A stretch of DNA of 64,000 bases, taken from the NCBI GenBank assembly GCA_043797085.1, contig JAZDQA010000013.1, forward strand, positions 160,001 to 224,000, read 5' to 3'. Below the pieces are notes generated by a model. That model saw only the letters and a list, made by a program, of their open reading frames with translations. It did no database searches and had not been told where the DNA came from. Shown one piece after another: positions 37,611 through 49,155 of the stretch. This stretch comes from Pseudomonadota bacterium (GTDB taxonomy: Bacteria; Campylobacterota; Campylobacteria; Campylobacterales; Sulfurimonadaceae). How positions within the stretch are numbered: position 1 is the stretch's first letter; each line of letters opens with the position of its first letter. Position numbers and translations under genes: made by a program.

Positions 37611-38135
37611 TTATTTTGATGGAACAGGTGGCATACGACGTAATGCGGCAGTCACTTCTGACGCTTTTTTAGGATCCATTTTTCCTAAAATTTGCCCCAC
37701 TACTTTCGAATTCAACGTACTCATAATCTCTGCAACTTCATTTGCTCCCATTTGAGAAAGAATCCCCGATGCTGCTCCCGGCTTCATTTTTGCAAATGTT
37801 TGAGAAACTTTGTCACTTTTGAGCTGTTTCATCTCATCTAAAATCTTTTTATTCTCATCAACCATTTTTTTCATGGAAGCTTCTCGTGTTTTTATTTCAG
37901 CGAGCTTTTGATCTACCGCAGACCCTTTCCCCTGAACCATTGCCTCTTTTTTCTTTAATAAATCTTCCGTAGCACGCTTAAGTGCATCGAGCGATTGCTT
38001 TTGTTCATCAATCTTTCCAAGCTCGATTAATAATTCATTTTTTCGAGATTCAAATATTTTTGTACATTCATACGATTTATTTTGTGCTCCCAGAACGACA
38101 CCAAATGACAGAAATAATATAAGTAGTATTTTCAT
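37611..38135 (-). CDS. MotE/FlbB-like periplasmic coiled-coil protein
   Basis: Signal peptide, coiled coil, FAKMKP.AA.IL and KMDPKKAS repeats; follows fliJ. Confidence 0.75.
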   Translation of the reverse strand: MKILLILFLSFGVVLGAQNKSYECTKIFESRKNELLIELGKIDEQKQSLDALKRATEDLLKKKEAMVQGKGSAVDQKLAEIKTREASMKKMVDENKKILDEMKQLKSDKVSQTFAKMKPGAASGILSQMGANEVAEIMSTLNSKVVGQILGKMDPKKASEVTAALRRMPPVPSK

Positions 38136-38551
38136 AAAGGCTCTCTTTTGTGGGTCATAACCCCAATTTCATCAAGCATTTTAGCCTCTTCTTTTTTAAT
38201 TTTTGCAGTGTGCGCTTGCGTCTCTTGCAATTCGAGGTATTTAAACTTTTCATACTCCATCATTGCAGCTTTAAAATGCTGTTGCATCTGATACAAATAT
38301 TGTTGCGCTTTAACTAGATTATGAGCACACTGCTCTATCTCATAATGTTGGGCTTGAATGAGTATTTGTGATTGGGTAAATTCACTAACCGTACCGCTAG
38401 TGGGAAGACCCAGAGATTGAAGAAGAACGTATGCATTATCAAGAGCAATTGAAGCAAGTGATAACAGGCTGTTTGCCCTGACAAGATCACGCTCTGCACG
38501 ATCAAGCTCTTTTTTTTTGAGCTTGACCAGAGGAGTGTATTTTGATTTCAC
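38132..38551 (-). CDS. fliJ: Flagellar export protein FliJ-like
   Basis: MKSKY.PLVK.KK, EYEKFKYL, KEEAKMLDE; helical; position downstream of purA. Confidence 0.7.
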   Translation of the reverse strand: MKSKYTPLVKLKKKELDRAERDLVRANSLLSLASIALDNAYVLLQSLGLPTSGTVSEFTQSQILIQAQHYEIEQCAHNLVKAQQYLYQMQQHFKAAMMEYEKFKYLELQETQAHTAKIKKEEAKMLDEIGVMTHKREPL

Positions 38552-39585
38552 GTCTCTTGCCCCTCTTCAATTTCACTTTCATCCCCACTCAAAACATACA
38601 AGGAATAAAGCTCATTAAGCTTTTCTTGTAAGACTTTTTTCGGTATAAGTTTTGTTTCATACTCTGCAATAACAGTTGGGCTTAGTGCTCTATTTAGAGC
38701 AAATTTTACAATTTCATCATCTTTTTTTCGACAAAGTAAAACACCGATACTTGGATTTTCGTACTCTTTTTTAACTTGCTTATCGAGCACTTCAAGATAA
38801 AATTCAAGTTGTCCTAAATAGGATGGTTTGAAATTATCAATCTTTAATTCAAATACTACCATGCACTGTAAAGAACGATGGAAAAAAAGCAAATCAATAC
38901 TAAAATCTGTATCACCTACTTGCAATTTGTACTCTTGCCCCATAAAACAAAAATCTTTACCAATTTCGAGTATAAAATCTTTTAGTGAATTAATAAGTGC
39001 TTTTTGTAAATCACGCTCACTATGGTTTTGAGAAAGTCCCAAAAACTCTAGTGCATAACTATCTCTAAAAATATTTTGTGTATCTCTTGGAAATTCTCTC
39101 ACCATTGGTGAGAGTTTTTGATTGGCGAGCTGCGTTCTCTCGTATACTCCGCTACTTATCTGCCGCTCAAGTTCTCTTTTTGAATATCTTTCTTGGATAG
39201 AGAGATTGAGATAAAATTCTCTCTCATTATCTGATTTTGAAGCTGAAATAATCAGGAGATTATTAGTCCACGATATTTGTGTCACCAGTGGTGTCAGTTT
39301 TTCATTATCCTTATACGTTTCATAAAACTGTTTCATACGCCATAAATTTCGTTCGGTAAAACCTTGTAAATTTGGCTCTTTATTTTCAATAAATTGTGCC
39401 AATTCTTTTACAATACCTTTACCCCAATTTTCTTTGAGAGTTTTAGCGCAAATATACTCCCCGATATTCCAGTAAAGTTCTATCAGTACGCTATTGACTT
39501 GATTAAAAGCTTTTTGTTTTGATAGTGTGATGAGAGACAATATTTCAGTGAAATTTGTACTATTTTCATTTTTTTGTAAGCTCAT
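38548..39585 (-). CDS. YhcG (DUF1016) PD-(D/E)XK nuclease family protein
   Basis: LYWNIG, WG..I, GF..RNL..M.QFY, R.LERQI, D.Y.LEFL, IDLLFFHR..VVFELK, GQLEFY, NPSIG. Confidence 0.92.
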   Translation of the reverse strand: MSLQKNENSTNFTEILSLITLSKQKAFNQVNSVLIELYWNIGEYICAKTLKENWGKGIVKELAQFIENKEPNLQGFTERNLWRMKQFYETYKDNEKLTPLVTQISWTNNLLIISASKSDNEREFYLNLSIQERYSKRELERQISSGVYERTQLANQKLSPMVREFPRDTQNIFRDSYALEFLGLSQNHSERDLQKALINSLKDFILEIGKDFCFMGQEYKLQVGDTDFSIDLLFFHRSLQCMVVFELKIDNFKPSYLGQLEFYLEVLDKQVKKEYENPSIGVLLCRKKDDEIVKFALNRALSPTVIAEYETKLIPKKVLQEKLNELYSLYVLSGDESEIEEGQET

Positions 39586-39608
39586 TATTTTCCCTCCACA
39601 ATCCTTTT

Positions 39609-39664
39609 CTCACTCCAAAGCTCCAACTGGGGAGCATATACTGTCAATCTGCATTTCCAACGAG
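39609..39664. repeat. Degenerate REP-like palindromic element
   Basis: CTCACTCCAAAGCTCCAACTGGGGAGCATATAC...TGCATTTCCAACGAG; imperfect stem CTCCAAAG/CTGGGGAG; GC-rich within an AT-rich spacer. Confidence 0.35.
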
Positions 39665-39764
39665 GAAAAAGGGTGTAAATCTTGGTTTAAATATCTTGTT
39701 CATCATCATGGTTATTTCATTCACTCTATTGATTCTTTAATCTTAGAATTTAATTATATGGATT

Positions 39765-40265
39765 TTAATCCCTTTTAGTCCCTGATTTTCCAGGAAATTC
39801 TTTAAACATATCTTGAAGCATATCATCAAAAACCTCAAAAACACTATCCTTATCACCTTCTTCGCTGACTGTTTCTGATTGATAAATCATATCCTTATTT
39901 TTGTCATACATTTTAATATTTATAGTTTTTCTTGTTATAGCATAAGTGCTAGGTGTTCCAAGAAAAAATGAACGATTTATTCCAGTTGCATCACCAAGCA
40001 GTCCATATTGTAAATGAACAAACAAATCAGGATTATTTTTATCCTCAACAAATTGCTTTGTTTCGAGCTTTTTCTTTAATTTCTCCATGAAAAATGAATA
40101 CTCTAAATCTTTTTTAGGATCAGTGCTATTATCAAAAGCAAAAGTAATTTTTTGATTGATTGGTAATTTATGAAAAACAATTGTTTCATAATCAGACGAT
40201 ACACATTCAGACACTAAAACAAAAAACAATATAAAAACAAAGTAGAGTCTTTTTTTCTTCATCAA
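39765..40265 (-). CDS. DUF4136-like putative lipoprotein
   Basis: Signal peptide with Cys (LVSEC, non-canonical lipobox), PDL.V...Y, terminal F.EFPG.SG; AT-rich. Confidence 0.6.
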   Translation of the reverse strand: MMKKKRLYFVFILFFVLVSECVSSDYETIVFHKLPINQKITFAFDNSTDPKKDLEYSFFMEKLKKKLETKQFVEDKNNPDLFVHLQYGLLGDATGINRSFFLGTPSTYAITRKTINIKMYDKNKDMIYQSETVSEEGDKDSVFEVFDDMLQDMFKEFPGKSGTKRD

Positions 40266-40340
40266 ATCAACCTTTATTTATCTATGTTAAAAGATGATAA
40301 TAGTTTGTTGCTTCAAAGGGAATAAAAGAGGAATAGATGG

Positions 40341-40362
40341 ATTCCGTGTCGTAGCACGGAAT
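40341..40362. repeat. Short perfect palindrome (dRS3/RPE-like geometry) or purA terminator
   Basis: ATTCCGTG-TCGTAG-CACGGAAT, 18 nt after the purA stop. Confidence 0.6.
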
Positions 40363-40380
40363 GATAAAAAAATGGAGCAA

Positions 40381-42485
<2,105 letters not shown>

Positions 42486-42487
42486 CG

Positions 42488-43591
42488 TTACAGCCCAAAG
42501 TAAATGGTATTAAAGATACGATTTGCTGTCCCGTCAAAGGTTCTTCGACCCATTTTATCCAGTGCCAACTCCACCGCATTTGCTGCCCAACACGCTTCAT
42601 ACGGAGAAATAAGCCCCATGTGGTTGATACGGAAAATCGAATCTTTAATGTGATCTTGCCCACCTGCGACATTCACATCAAATGCTTTGAGGGTTGAGCG
42701 AATTTTCTTCGCTTCCGCATCCCCTACCGTCGTCATCGAGTCTGCCGGATTAGTCGGATAAATAGAAAGACCGATTGCCTTCATCGCTTCGCGAGTGGCT
42801 CGTGCACGCAATGCCGTATCCGCGTACAACTTATCGAATCCACCCTCAGCTTTGATACGATTCAAAACAGACTCTAGCCCGATCGTGATCGTCGTTGCCG
42901 CCGTCCATGCTGTCGTATTTTTGCGCTGATTTTTGATCTCGGTTGCAAGGTTAAAATAATACCCTTTGCCACTTCCGATTTTTTCAATCGCTGCATTGGA
43001 AAGACCCATAATAGCAAGCCCAGGAGGGAGCATCAATGCTTTTTGGCTTCCTGAAATCAAACAGTCGATATTCGTTACGTCGATTTTCTCAACGCCCACT
43101 GCCGTAATACCGTCAGCAATGACCATCATAGCAGAATTGTGCGCTTTTACTGCACGTGCAATGGCTTCAACGCTGTGACGAAGTCCGCCTGCGGATTCAC
43201 AAATTTGAATCGCGATTGCATCAATATCAGGATTTTCATTAAGTGCGGTCATTACCTCTTCTACGGTTGCAGGAGTGTCCCATTCGTGTTTAATCTCGAC
43301 ATTTGCAATACCATGAGCCTGTGCAATTTTACCAAAACGCTCACCGAATTTTCCCGAATTAATAGAGAGGAGTTTGGAATGAGCAAGATTAATAACCGCC
43401 CCCTCCATCGCACCTGTACCGGAAGAGGCAAGCATCAACACTTCGTCCATTCCAAGTAATTCAAACAACAATGTGCGCGTTCGCTCAAAAATCGCTTCAA
43501 ACTCCGGCGTACGGTGATGAATAGTTTCACCTGCCATCGCGACACGGACAGATTCGGGTACTGGGGTAGGTCCTGGAGTAAAGAGGAGCAT
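42488..43591 (-). CDS. Class V PLP aminotransferase (alanine-glyoxylate/serine-pyruvate family)
   Basis: LFTPGPTP, HHRTPEF, SGTGAME, GSQKALMLPPG, FRINHMG; start moved to ATG 43591 with AAGGA RBS. Confidence 0.92.
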   Translation of the reverse strand: MLLFTPGPTPVPESVRVAMAGETIHHRTPEFEAIFERTRTLLFELLGMDEVLMLASSGTGAMEGAVINLAHSKLLSINSGKFGERFGKIAQAHGIANVEIKHEWDTPATVEEVMTALNENPDIDAIAIQICESAGGLRHSVEAIARAVKAHNSAMMVIADGITAVGVEKIDVTNIDCLISGSQKALMLPPGLAIMGLSNAAIEKIGSGKGYYFNLATEIKNQRKNTTAWTAATTITIGLESVLNRIKAEGGFDKLYADTALRARATREAMKAIGLSIYPTNPADSMTTVGDAEAKKIRSTLKAFDVNVAGGQDHIKDSIFRINHMGLISPYEACWAANAVELALDKMGRRTFDGTANRIFNTIYFGL

Positions 43592-43706
43592 GTTTTTCCT
43601 TGAATGTTTATAGAGTATATTATTAATACCAAATGTGCGAATTATAGCCAAGAGGAAGTTAGGGGAGGTTTAAGCTATAATAACGTTAAAAAAAAAAGGG
43701 TCTTGT

Positions 43707-44486
43707 ATGACTTTATTTGATGCCTTGTTTTTAGGTGCCCTTGAGGGGGTAACCGAATTTCTTCCTGTCTCCTCCACGGGTCACCTAATTTTAGCTTCTC
43801 AGCTTTTAGGACTGGAACAAACCAATGCACACAAAGCATTTGAAGTAGCTATCCAACTGGGAAGCATCCTTGCGGTCTTATTTTTATACGCCAAAGATCT
43901 TATTAAAGATAAAACGCTTTGGATCAAACTTGCCGTTGCCTTTATACCCACAGGTGTACTTGGATTTCTTTTTTACAAGCAAATCAAATCGCTTTTTGGT
44001 GTTGAAACCGTCAGTATTATGCTTATCGCAGGGGGAATTATTTTCTTAATCGTTGAATATTTTCGTCGTGATAAAGCCATCGACTCAGGAAAAGATCTCA
44101 GCGAGCTCACCTACAAAGAAGCTTTCTTCATCGGTGTTTTTCAAAGTCTCTCTATGATTCCTGGGACAAGCCGCTCAGGAGCAACGATCATCGGCGGATT
44201 ATTCCTCGGTTTAAAACGTAAAAGTGCGGCAGAGTTTTCGTTTCTCTTGGCAATTCCTACCATGATGATTGCCACCGCTTACGATTTGATCAAACATCGT
44301 TATGAGATGATCGTCGATGATTACTCAATGCTCGCAGTTGCCTTTGTCACCGCATTTGTTTTTGCATTCTTTACCGTCAAACTCTTTGTAGGATTTGTGA
44401 GCCGTCACACGTTTGTTCCGTTTGCTATTTATCGGATTATCGTGGGGCTCATTTTCTTTTATTTTGTGGCAAGCATGCCAGTTTAA
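43707..44486 (+). CDS. uppP: Undecaprenyl-diphosphate phosphatase
   Basis: EGVTEFLPVSSTGHL, PGTSRSGAT, AEFSFLLAIP. Confidence 0.97.
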   Translation: MTLFDALFLGALEGVTEFLPVSSTGHLILASQLLGLEQTNAHKAFEVAIQLGSILAVLFLYAKDLIKDKTLWIKLAVAFIPTGVLGFLFYKQIKSLFGVETVSIMLIAGGIIFLIVEYFRRDKAIDSGKDLSELTYKEAFFIGVFQSLSMIPGTSRSGATIIGGLFLGLKRKSAAEFSFLLAIPTMMIATAYDLIKHRYEMIVDDYSMLAVAFVTAFVFAFFTVKLFVGFVSRHTFVPFAIYRIIVGLIFFYFVASMPV

Positions 44487-45085
44487 GAGCGCTGCCTTCT
44501 AATTTGATCAATCAAAATTCTCGCCAAATTCAATCCTTTGGAGCGGTGGGATAACCCTTTTTTCACATCATTCGGCAATTCACCCAATGTTTGTACAAAT
44601 CCATCGGGTACAAAAATCGGATCATATCCAAAACCGTTCTCACCTCGCAACTCCGTAATCACATCCCCGTGCATCCATCCATGAACACAGCTCTCCCCTT
44701 CACGAGATACGATAGCAATCGCCGCCGTATAGTGAGCAGGAGAAGTCTCAAGAGCTTTTTCTTTTAACGATTCCACGAGTTTAAGGAGATTATCCCGATC
44801 ACTCGCACCCTCTCCCCCATATCGGGCGCTGTAAATCCCCGGAGCACCCTCTAGTGCATCCACACTGATACCGCTGTCATCCGCGATAACAATAGCATCA
44901 ATGTCTCCTAGTGCATGATACACCGCGCGGGCTTTTATGAGAGCATTTTCTTTGAACGTCTCCCCATCTTCAATAATCTCAAATCCCTCGATCAAATCGG
45001 TATACGGGTACACCTCGCGATCATGAAGCAGTTCGATAATCTCACGTACTTTTCCTTTGTTCGATGTAGCTAAAACAATTCTCAT
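44483..45085 (-). CDS. rdgB: Non-canonical purine NTP pyrophosphatase
   Basis: ATSNKGK, ADDSG, GAPGIYSARY, GFGYDP, SHR. Confidence 0.96.
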   Translation of the reverse strand: MRIVLATSNKGKVREIIELLHDREVYPYTDLIEGFEIIEDGETFKENALIKARAVYHALGDIDAIVIADDSGISVDALEGAPGIYSARYGGEGASDRDNLLKLVESLKEKALETSPAHYTAAIAIVSREGESCVHGWMHGDVITELRGENGFGYDPIFVPDGFVQTLGELPNDVKKGLSHRSKGLNLARILIDQIRRQRS

Positions 45086-45188
45086 AGATTCATATCCTTA
45101 GACTAGACTTAGTAATTTTTTCTTCCAATAATCGTATGTTACGAATGTACTATAATAGCAAATATTTTATCTCATCTAAGGCGTCAGT

Positions 45189-46517
45189 GTGTTTAAAACA
45201 GTTCTCCCTCTTTCAGCGATTTTATCGCTTCGCTTTTTCGGTCTTTTTTTGGTTTTACCCGTTCTTTCCGTCTATGGACTTACCCTTCAAGGGGCAACAC
45301 CCCTTCTTATCGGGGTCATTGTCGGCGGATATGCACTTACACAAGCGATTTTTCAACTCCCTTTTGGAATTATGAGTGACAAAATAGGTCGTAAACCAAC
45401 GCTTCTTATCGGATTGATTATTTTTCTCGTAGGGTCTATTATTTGTGCGGTGAGCAATGATATTTATACCCTTATGTTCGGACGATTTCTACAAGGTGCC
45501 GGTGCGATTGGTGCGGTTATTCCTGCGATGATCAGCGATTTGGTCAACGAAGAGTCTCGCGGTAAAGCAATGGCGATTATGGGTGGAACGATTGCTATTA
45601 GCTTTGCAGCTGCTATGGGTCTTGGACCTGTGATTGCTGCACAGTATGGGCTCTCTTCATTGTTTTGGATTACTGCGGTATTGTCTGTCCTCTCTATGAT
45701 TATTCTCTTTACGAAAGTCCCAACTCCTCCGCGTATCCGTCACATTTATCACTCTTCCACTAATACTCGTGATATTCTAAGCGATCCTAATCTTCTTAAT
45801 ATGGTAATTATCAACGGAATGCAAAAAGGGCTTATGACGGTTGCGTTTGTCCTCATCCCTGTATTACTAATCGGTACGGACACAATACAAGGATTTGATT
45901 GGGTAGCCGCTGATTTGTGGAAAGTCTATGTTCCGGCACTATTAGCCGGACTTGTGGCTATGGGACCTGCTGCGGTATTTGGTGAAAAGTATAATAAGCC
46001 AAAACAAATATTTCTCATCTCTATCGTCTTGTTTATTATAGCCTTTACTCTCATGGGATTTGCGACGCAAAGTTGGCAGTTTGTTTTGGGTGTTGTGAGC
46101 TTTTTTATCGCCTTTAACATGATGGAGCCTTTGGTGCAATCGATGATTAGTAAATTTGCAAAAGTTCACCAAAAAGGGGCTGCACTGGGTATTGCTAACG
46201 GCTTTGCGTATCTCATGACGTTTATCGGAGGGATAGTTGCTGGTCTTGCATTGCAGTATTCGAACAAAGAGACGTTAGCCTTAGCACTGGTCGTCGTCAC
46301 AACGCTGTGGCTTTTATGGACAATGAAACTGACTAATCCACTGCGTTTTTCACATCTTTATATCTCTATAGATCATGTCGATATGGAAAAACTAAATGGC
46401 TTAGAGCATGAGCATATTGCAGAATGGTTTATCAATGAGACCGAAAATCTTGTTGTAGTTAAATATCGAAAAGATATGATCGAAGAAGAGACGATTAAAG
46501 CGAAGATTGTTAAATAA
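45189..46517 (+). CDS. MFS transporter (YajR-like)
   Basis: GIMSDKIGRK motif A, GRFLQGAGAIG, about 12 TM, short soluble C-terminal domain. Confidence 0.9.
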   Translation: MFKTVLPLSAILSLRFFGLFLVLPVLSVYGLTLQGATPLLIGVIVGGYALTQAIFQLPFGIMSDKIGRKPTLLIGLIIFLVGSIICAVSNDIYTLMFGRFLQGAGAIGAVIPAMISDLVNEESRGKAMAIMGGTIAISFAAAMGLGPVIAAQYGLSSLFWITAVLSVLSMIILFTKVPTPPRIRHIYHSSTNTRDILSDPNLLNMVIINGMQKGLMTVAFVLIPVLLIGTDTIQGFDWVAADLWKVYVPALLAGLVAMGPAAVFGEKYNKPKQIFLISIVLFIIAFTLMGFATQSWQFVLGVVSFFIAFNMMEPLVQSMISKFAKVHQKGAALGIANGFAYLMTFIGGIVAGLALQYSNKETLALALVVVTTLWLLWTMKLTNPLRFSHLYISIDHVDMEKLNGLEHEHIAEWFINETENLVVVKYRKDMIEEETIKAKIVK

Positions 46518-46535
46518 TTCCCGTTTTTACGGGAA
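46518..46535. terminator. Hairpin between the convergent MFS and moeA genes
   Basis: TTCCCGT-TTTT-ACGGGAA fills the whole spacer. Confidence 0.6.
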
Positions 46536-47735
46536 CTATAACTTAATTACTCTAACCAAAGTTCCTTCTTCCAAATCCCCATCATCTTCGCCACAGATCA
46601 TTAATGCACAACTTCCTAGAAGATTGGTCAAAATAGCCGAACTTCCTGTTTTTTTGCCTTCAAAATCAACCCAATAACGACCGTCTTCAAAATAGAGATT
46701 GCACGCGGTGAATTCACTTTTATTCGAGCGTTTGGCAAACGGCACTTTGAGTGTTGCTTCAATGGGCTCATAGGGATTTGCGGTTCCCAACATCCGAGAA
46801 ATAAGCGGTGCTACATAGAGGATAAACGTTACCGTTGAAGAGTATGCAAATCCGGGGAGGGAGACAATAAACTTCTCTCCTCGCTGCGCTACCATAACGT
46901 GCTGACCCGGTTTGATATTGACTCCTTTGAAAATCACCTCTGCCCCAAGTTTAGGGACGATGTGCTTGACAAAATCGTAATCGCCTACGCTGACACCACC
47001 CGTACTTACGACGATATCACTACAGCGGAGAGCTTCCTCAAATCGTGACATTATGGCATTTTTATCATCACCGACGATTCCCATTTGAATACTTTGACCA
47101 CCAAGTTCATCGACCAATGCTTGAAGGGTATAGCTGTTGGAACTACGAATCTGACCTGCATGACGTTGCGTTTCGCCAATATCTAAAATTTCGCTCCCTG
47201 TTGCCACAATACTCACACGAGGAGCTTGTACAACGTTTACCATCACATGATTAATTCCAGCCATGACGCCTATCTCTGCAAATTTGACCTTAGCCCCCTT
47301 TGGGATTAAAACCTCATCTTTTCGATAACTCTCTCCTATGGGACGGACGGCAAAACCGTATGGAACTGGTTTTTCGATAATAATTTGTCCCTCGTGCACC
47401 GAAACATTTTCGATGGGAATCAACGTATCAGAACCTTTTGGCATCAATGAACCCGTAAATGTTTTAATACAAATACCATTCTCTACGGTATCAATTTCAT
47501 CTGCACCGGCAGGGTTATCTCCTAAAATTGCCAATGCTTTATAGTCTGAAAAATCAGCATGAAGCATCGCATATCCATCCATAGCGGAAGTGGGATGAGT
47601 TGGATAATCTTCAGAAGCTGTGATATCTTCTGCCAAAATTCGTCCCAGTGCATTGCTCAAAAAAACACGCTCGCTTCGAAGTGCTGCAATGGGCAAAAGG
47701 CTCATCATGTTTTGAGAGGTTTCATACGAAATCAT
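46536..47735 (-). CDS. moeA: Molybdopterin molybdotransferase
   Basis: SAMDGYA, TGSE, STGGVSVGDYD, KPG. Confidence 0.96.
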   Translation of the reverse strand: MISYETSQNMMSLLPIAALRSERVFLSNALGRILAEDITASEDYPTHPTSAMDGYAMLHADFSDYKALAILGDNPAGADEIDTVENGICIKTFTGSLMPKGSDTLIPIENVSVHEGQIIIEKPVPYGFAVRPIGESYRKDEVLIPKGAKVKFAEIGVMAGINHVMVNVVQAPRVSIVATGSEILDIGETQRHAGQIRSSNSYTLQALVDELGGQSIQMGIVGDDKNAIMSRFEEALRCSDIVVSTGGVSVGDYDFVKHIVPKLGAEVIFKGVNIKPGQHVMVAQRGEKFIVSLPGFAYSSTVTFILYVAPLISRMLGTANPYEPIEATLKVPFAKRSNKSEFTACNLYFEDGRYWVDFEGKKTGSSAILTNLLGSCALMICGEDDGDLEEGTLVRVIKL

Positions 47736-48178
47736 TGACCGCTCCCTAATAATCCTGCCCCCGCAATAGCCGTTGAGCGTTCACGTGCATAGAGTCGTTC
47801 GCCGCCACGAAGATCGTATTTCCAAATGGGGGCTGAAGCTTTGAAGTCTTCAACAAATTGCTCAATCGTCTCTAATGCCACACGACGTTTTGGAGAAAAC
47901 ACCGCTGCAATATAAGAAGATTCATGCACCAAAACATCTCCGCGAGAGTGTGCCATTTTCAATGTTGCCCCCAATGGCGCTACTTTCGCACTCCACGCAT
48001 CAAACCATGAGGTAAGAATGGGCTCATACACATCAAAGCTCAGTCCCTCGATCCCATCTTCATCCCGTACAGTCCCGACAAAAGGGATATACGCACCATA
48101 ATTGCTAGCACTTTCACTCGCATACCAACGGGTCAAAATCTCAGGCACATTCAATGCCCCATCGTGCAGTTCCAACAT
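47732..48178 (-). CDS. moaE: Molybdopterin synthase large subunit
   Basis: FVGTVR, HSRGDV, FK..APIWK; start moved to ATG 48178. Confidence 0.93.
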   Translation of the reverse strand: MLELHDGALNVPEILTRWYASESASNYGAYIPFVGTVRDEDGIEGLSFDVYEPILTSWFDAWSAKVAPLGATLKMAHSRGDVLVHESSYIAAVFSPKRRVALETIEQFVEDFKASAPIWKYDLRGGERLYARERSTAIAGAGLLGSGQ

Positions 48179-48180
48179 CC

Positions 48181-48402
48181 TCAGCCTCCACACACAGGGG
48201 GAAGAAGGGAAATTTTATCGCCATCGCTTAAGAGCGTATCCAAAGAAGCGACCAAGGTATCATTGACTGCCACCGCACAACTGTCAATCCATTGCGCCAT
48301 CTCACTATCTTGTTTTAATACTTCAGCCACATCACGCAGCGTTGACGCTTCCATAGTCAGGCTAGGACGACCAATCGGCCCTAAAAATTCGATTGTCACC
48401 AT
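48181..48402 (-). CDS. moaD: Molybdopterin synthase sulfur carrier
   Basis: AVAVN, L.DGD.ISLLPPVCGG C-terminus; start ATG 48402. Confidence 0.93.
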   Translation of the reverse strand: MVTIEFLGPIGRPSLTMEASTLRDVAEVLKQDSEMAQWIDSCAVAVNDTLVASLDTLLSDGDKISLLPPVCGG

Positions 48403-48462
48403 TGACACACCCTTACGTTAGTGAAGTTTTTAGTATAATAGCACCTCTTATATGAAAAGGTC

Positions 48463-49155
48463 TTGATTGTGATATTCGGAAAAATAGATTTTATTAATCT
48501 CTTACCCTTTCACGTTTTTATGAAACGTTATGCTCGAACCTCGCAAGCACAGCAAAGTCTTCATTATCATAAAGGTGTCCCCTCAACACTTAACCGTGCA
48601 TTTGCTACACGACGCATTGATGCTGCTTTTATTTCGAGCATTACGGCTCGTAACTGCACTCATTTTAATGTCGGAATCGTGGCAAAAAAAGAGGTTCTAA
48701 GCGTTTTATCTCTTCCCTGCAATGAGAATAAAAAAGATACCGATTCCGCAACCTCAAACCTCCTCGCCCAACTGTTAAATATTCAAGGAGAGGTTCTCAT
48801 CGGCGATAAAGCCTTGTGCTATTATTACCGCGGTGGGGAACATACCGATTTGGGAAAAGTCTGGAATGAGCGTACTGGATTACCCTTTGTCTTTGCCCTT
48901 TTATGCACCCATAATCATACAAATGAACTCAAACGTCTTAGTCGTGCCTTTGTCCGAAAACCAATCAAAATTCCCTACTATATTCTGATGGAAAATGCCC
49001 GAAAATCTGATTTAACGGCCGCACAAATCACCCATTATTTGAAATATATCAGTTATAAAATCGGTGAAAAAGAGAAACAGGGATACAAACGGTTCTTAAA
49101 AGAGGCAAAAGAGAGAGGATTGACCCCCTCGATAAGAGAAATACGCTATCGCTGA
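48463..49155 (+). CDS. mqnA: Chorismate dehydratase (futalosine menaquinone pathway)
   Basis: I.FINLLPF, PS.LN, SATSN.L, LIGDKAL, DLG..W...TGLPFVFA. Confidence 0.85.
   Translation: MIVIFGKIDFINLLPFHVFMKRYARTSQAQQSLHYHKGVPSTLNRAFATRRIDAAFISSITARNCTHFNVGIVAKKEVLSVLSLPCNENKKDTDSATSNLLAQLLNIQGEVLIGDKALCYYYRGGEHTDLGKVWNERTGLPFVFALLCTHNHTNELKRLSRAFVRKPIKIPYYILMENARKSDLTAAQITHYLKYISYKIGEKEKQGYKRFLKEAKERGLTPSIREIRYR

Noticed and set aside
38510..38518. A9 run in fliJ (also an A10 run before uppP at 43688-43697)
   Set aside because: Encodes in-frame lysines or is ordinary AT-rich spacer; such runs are common in these genomes.
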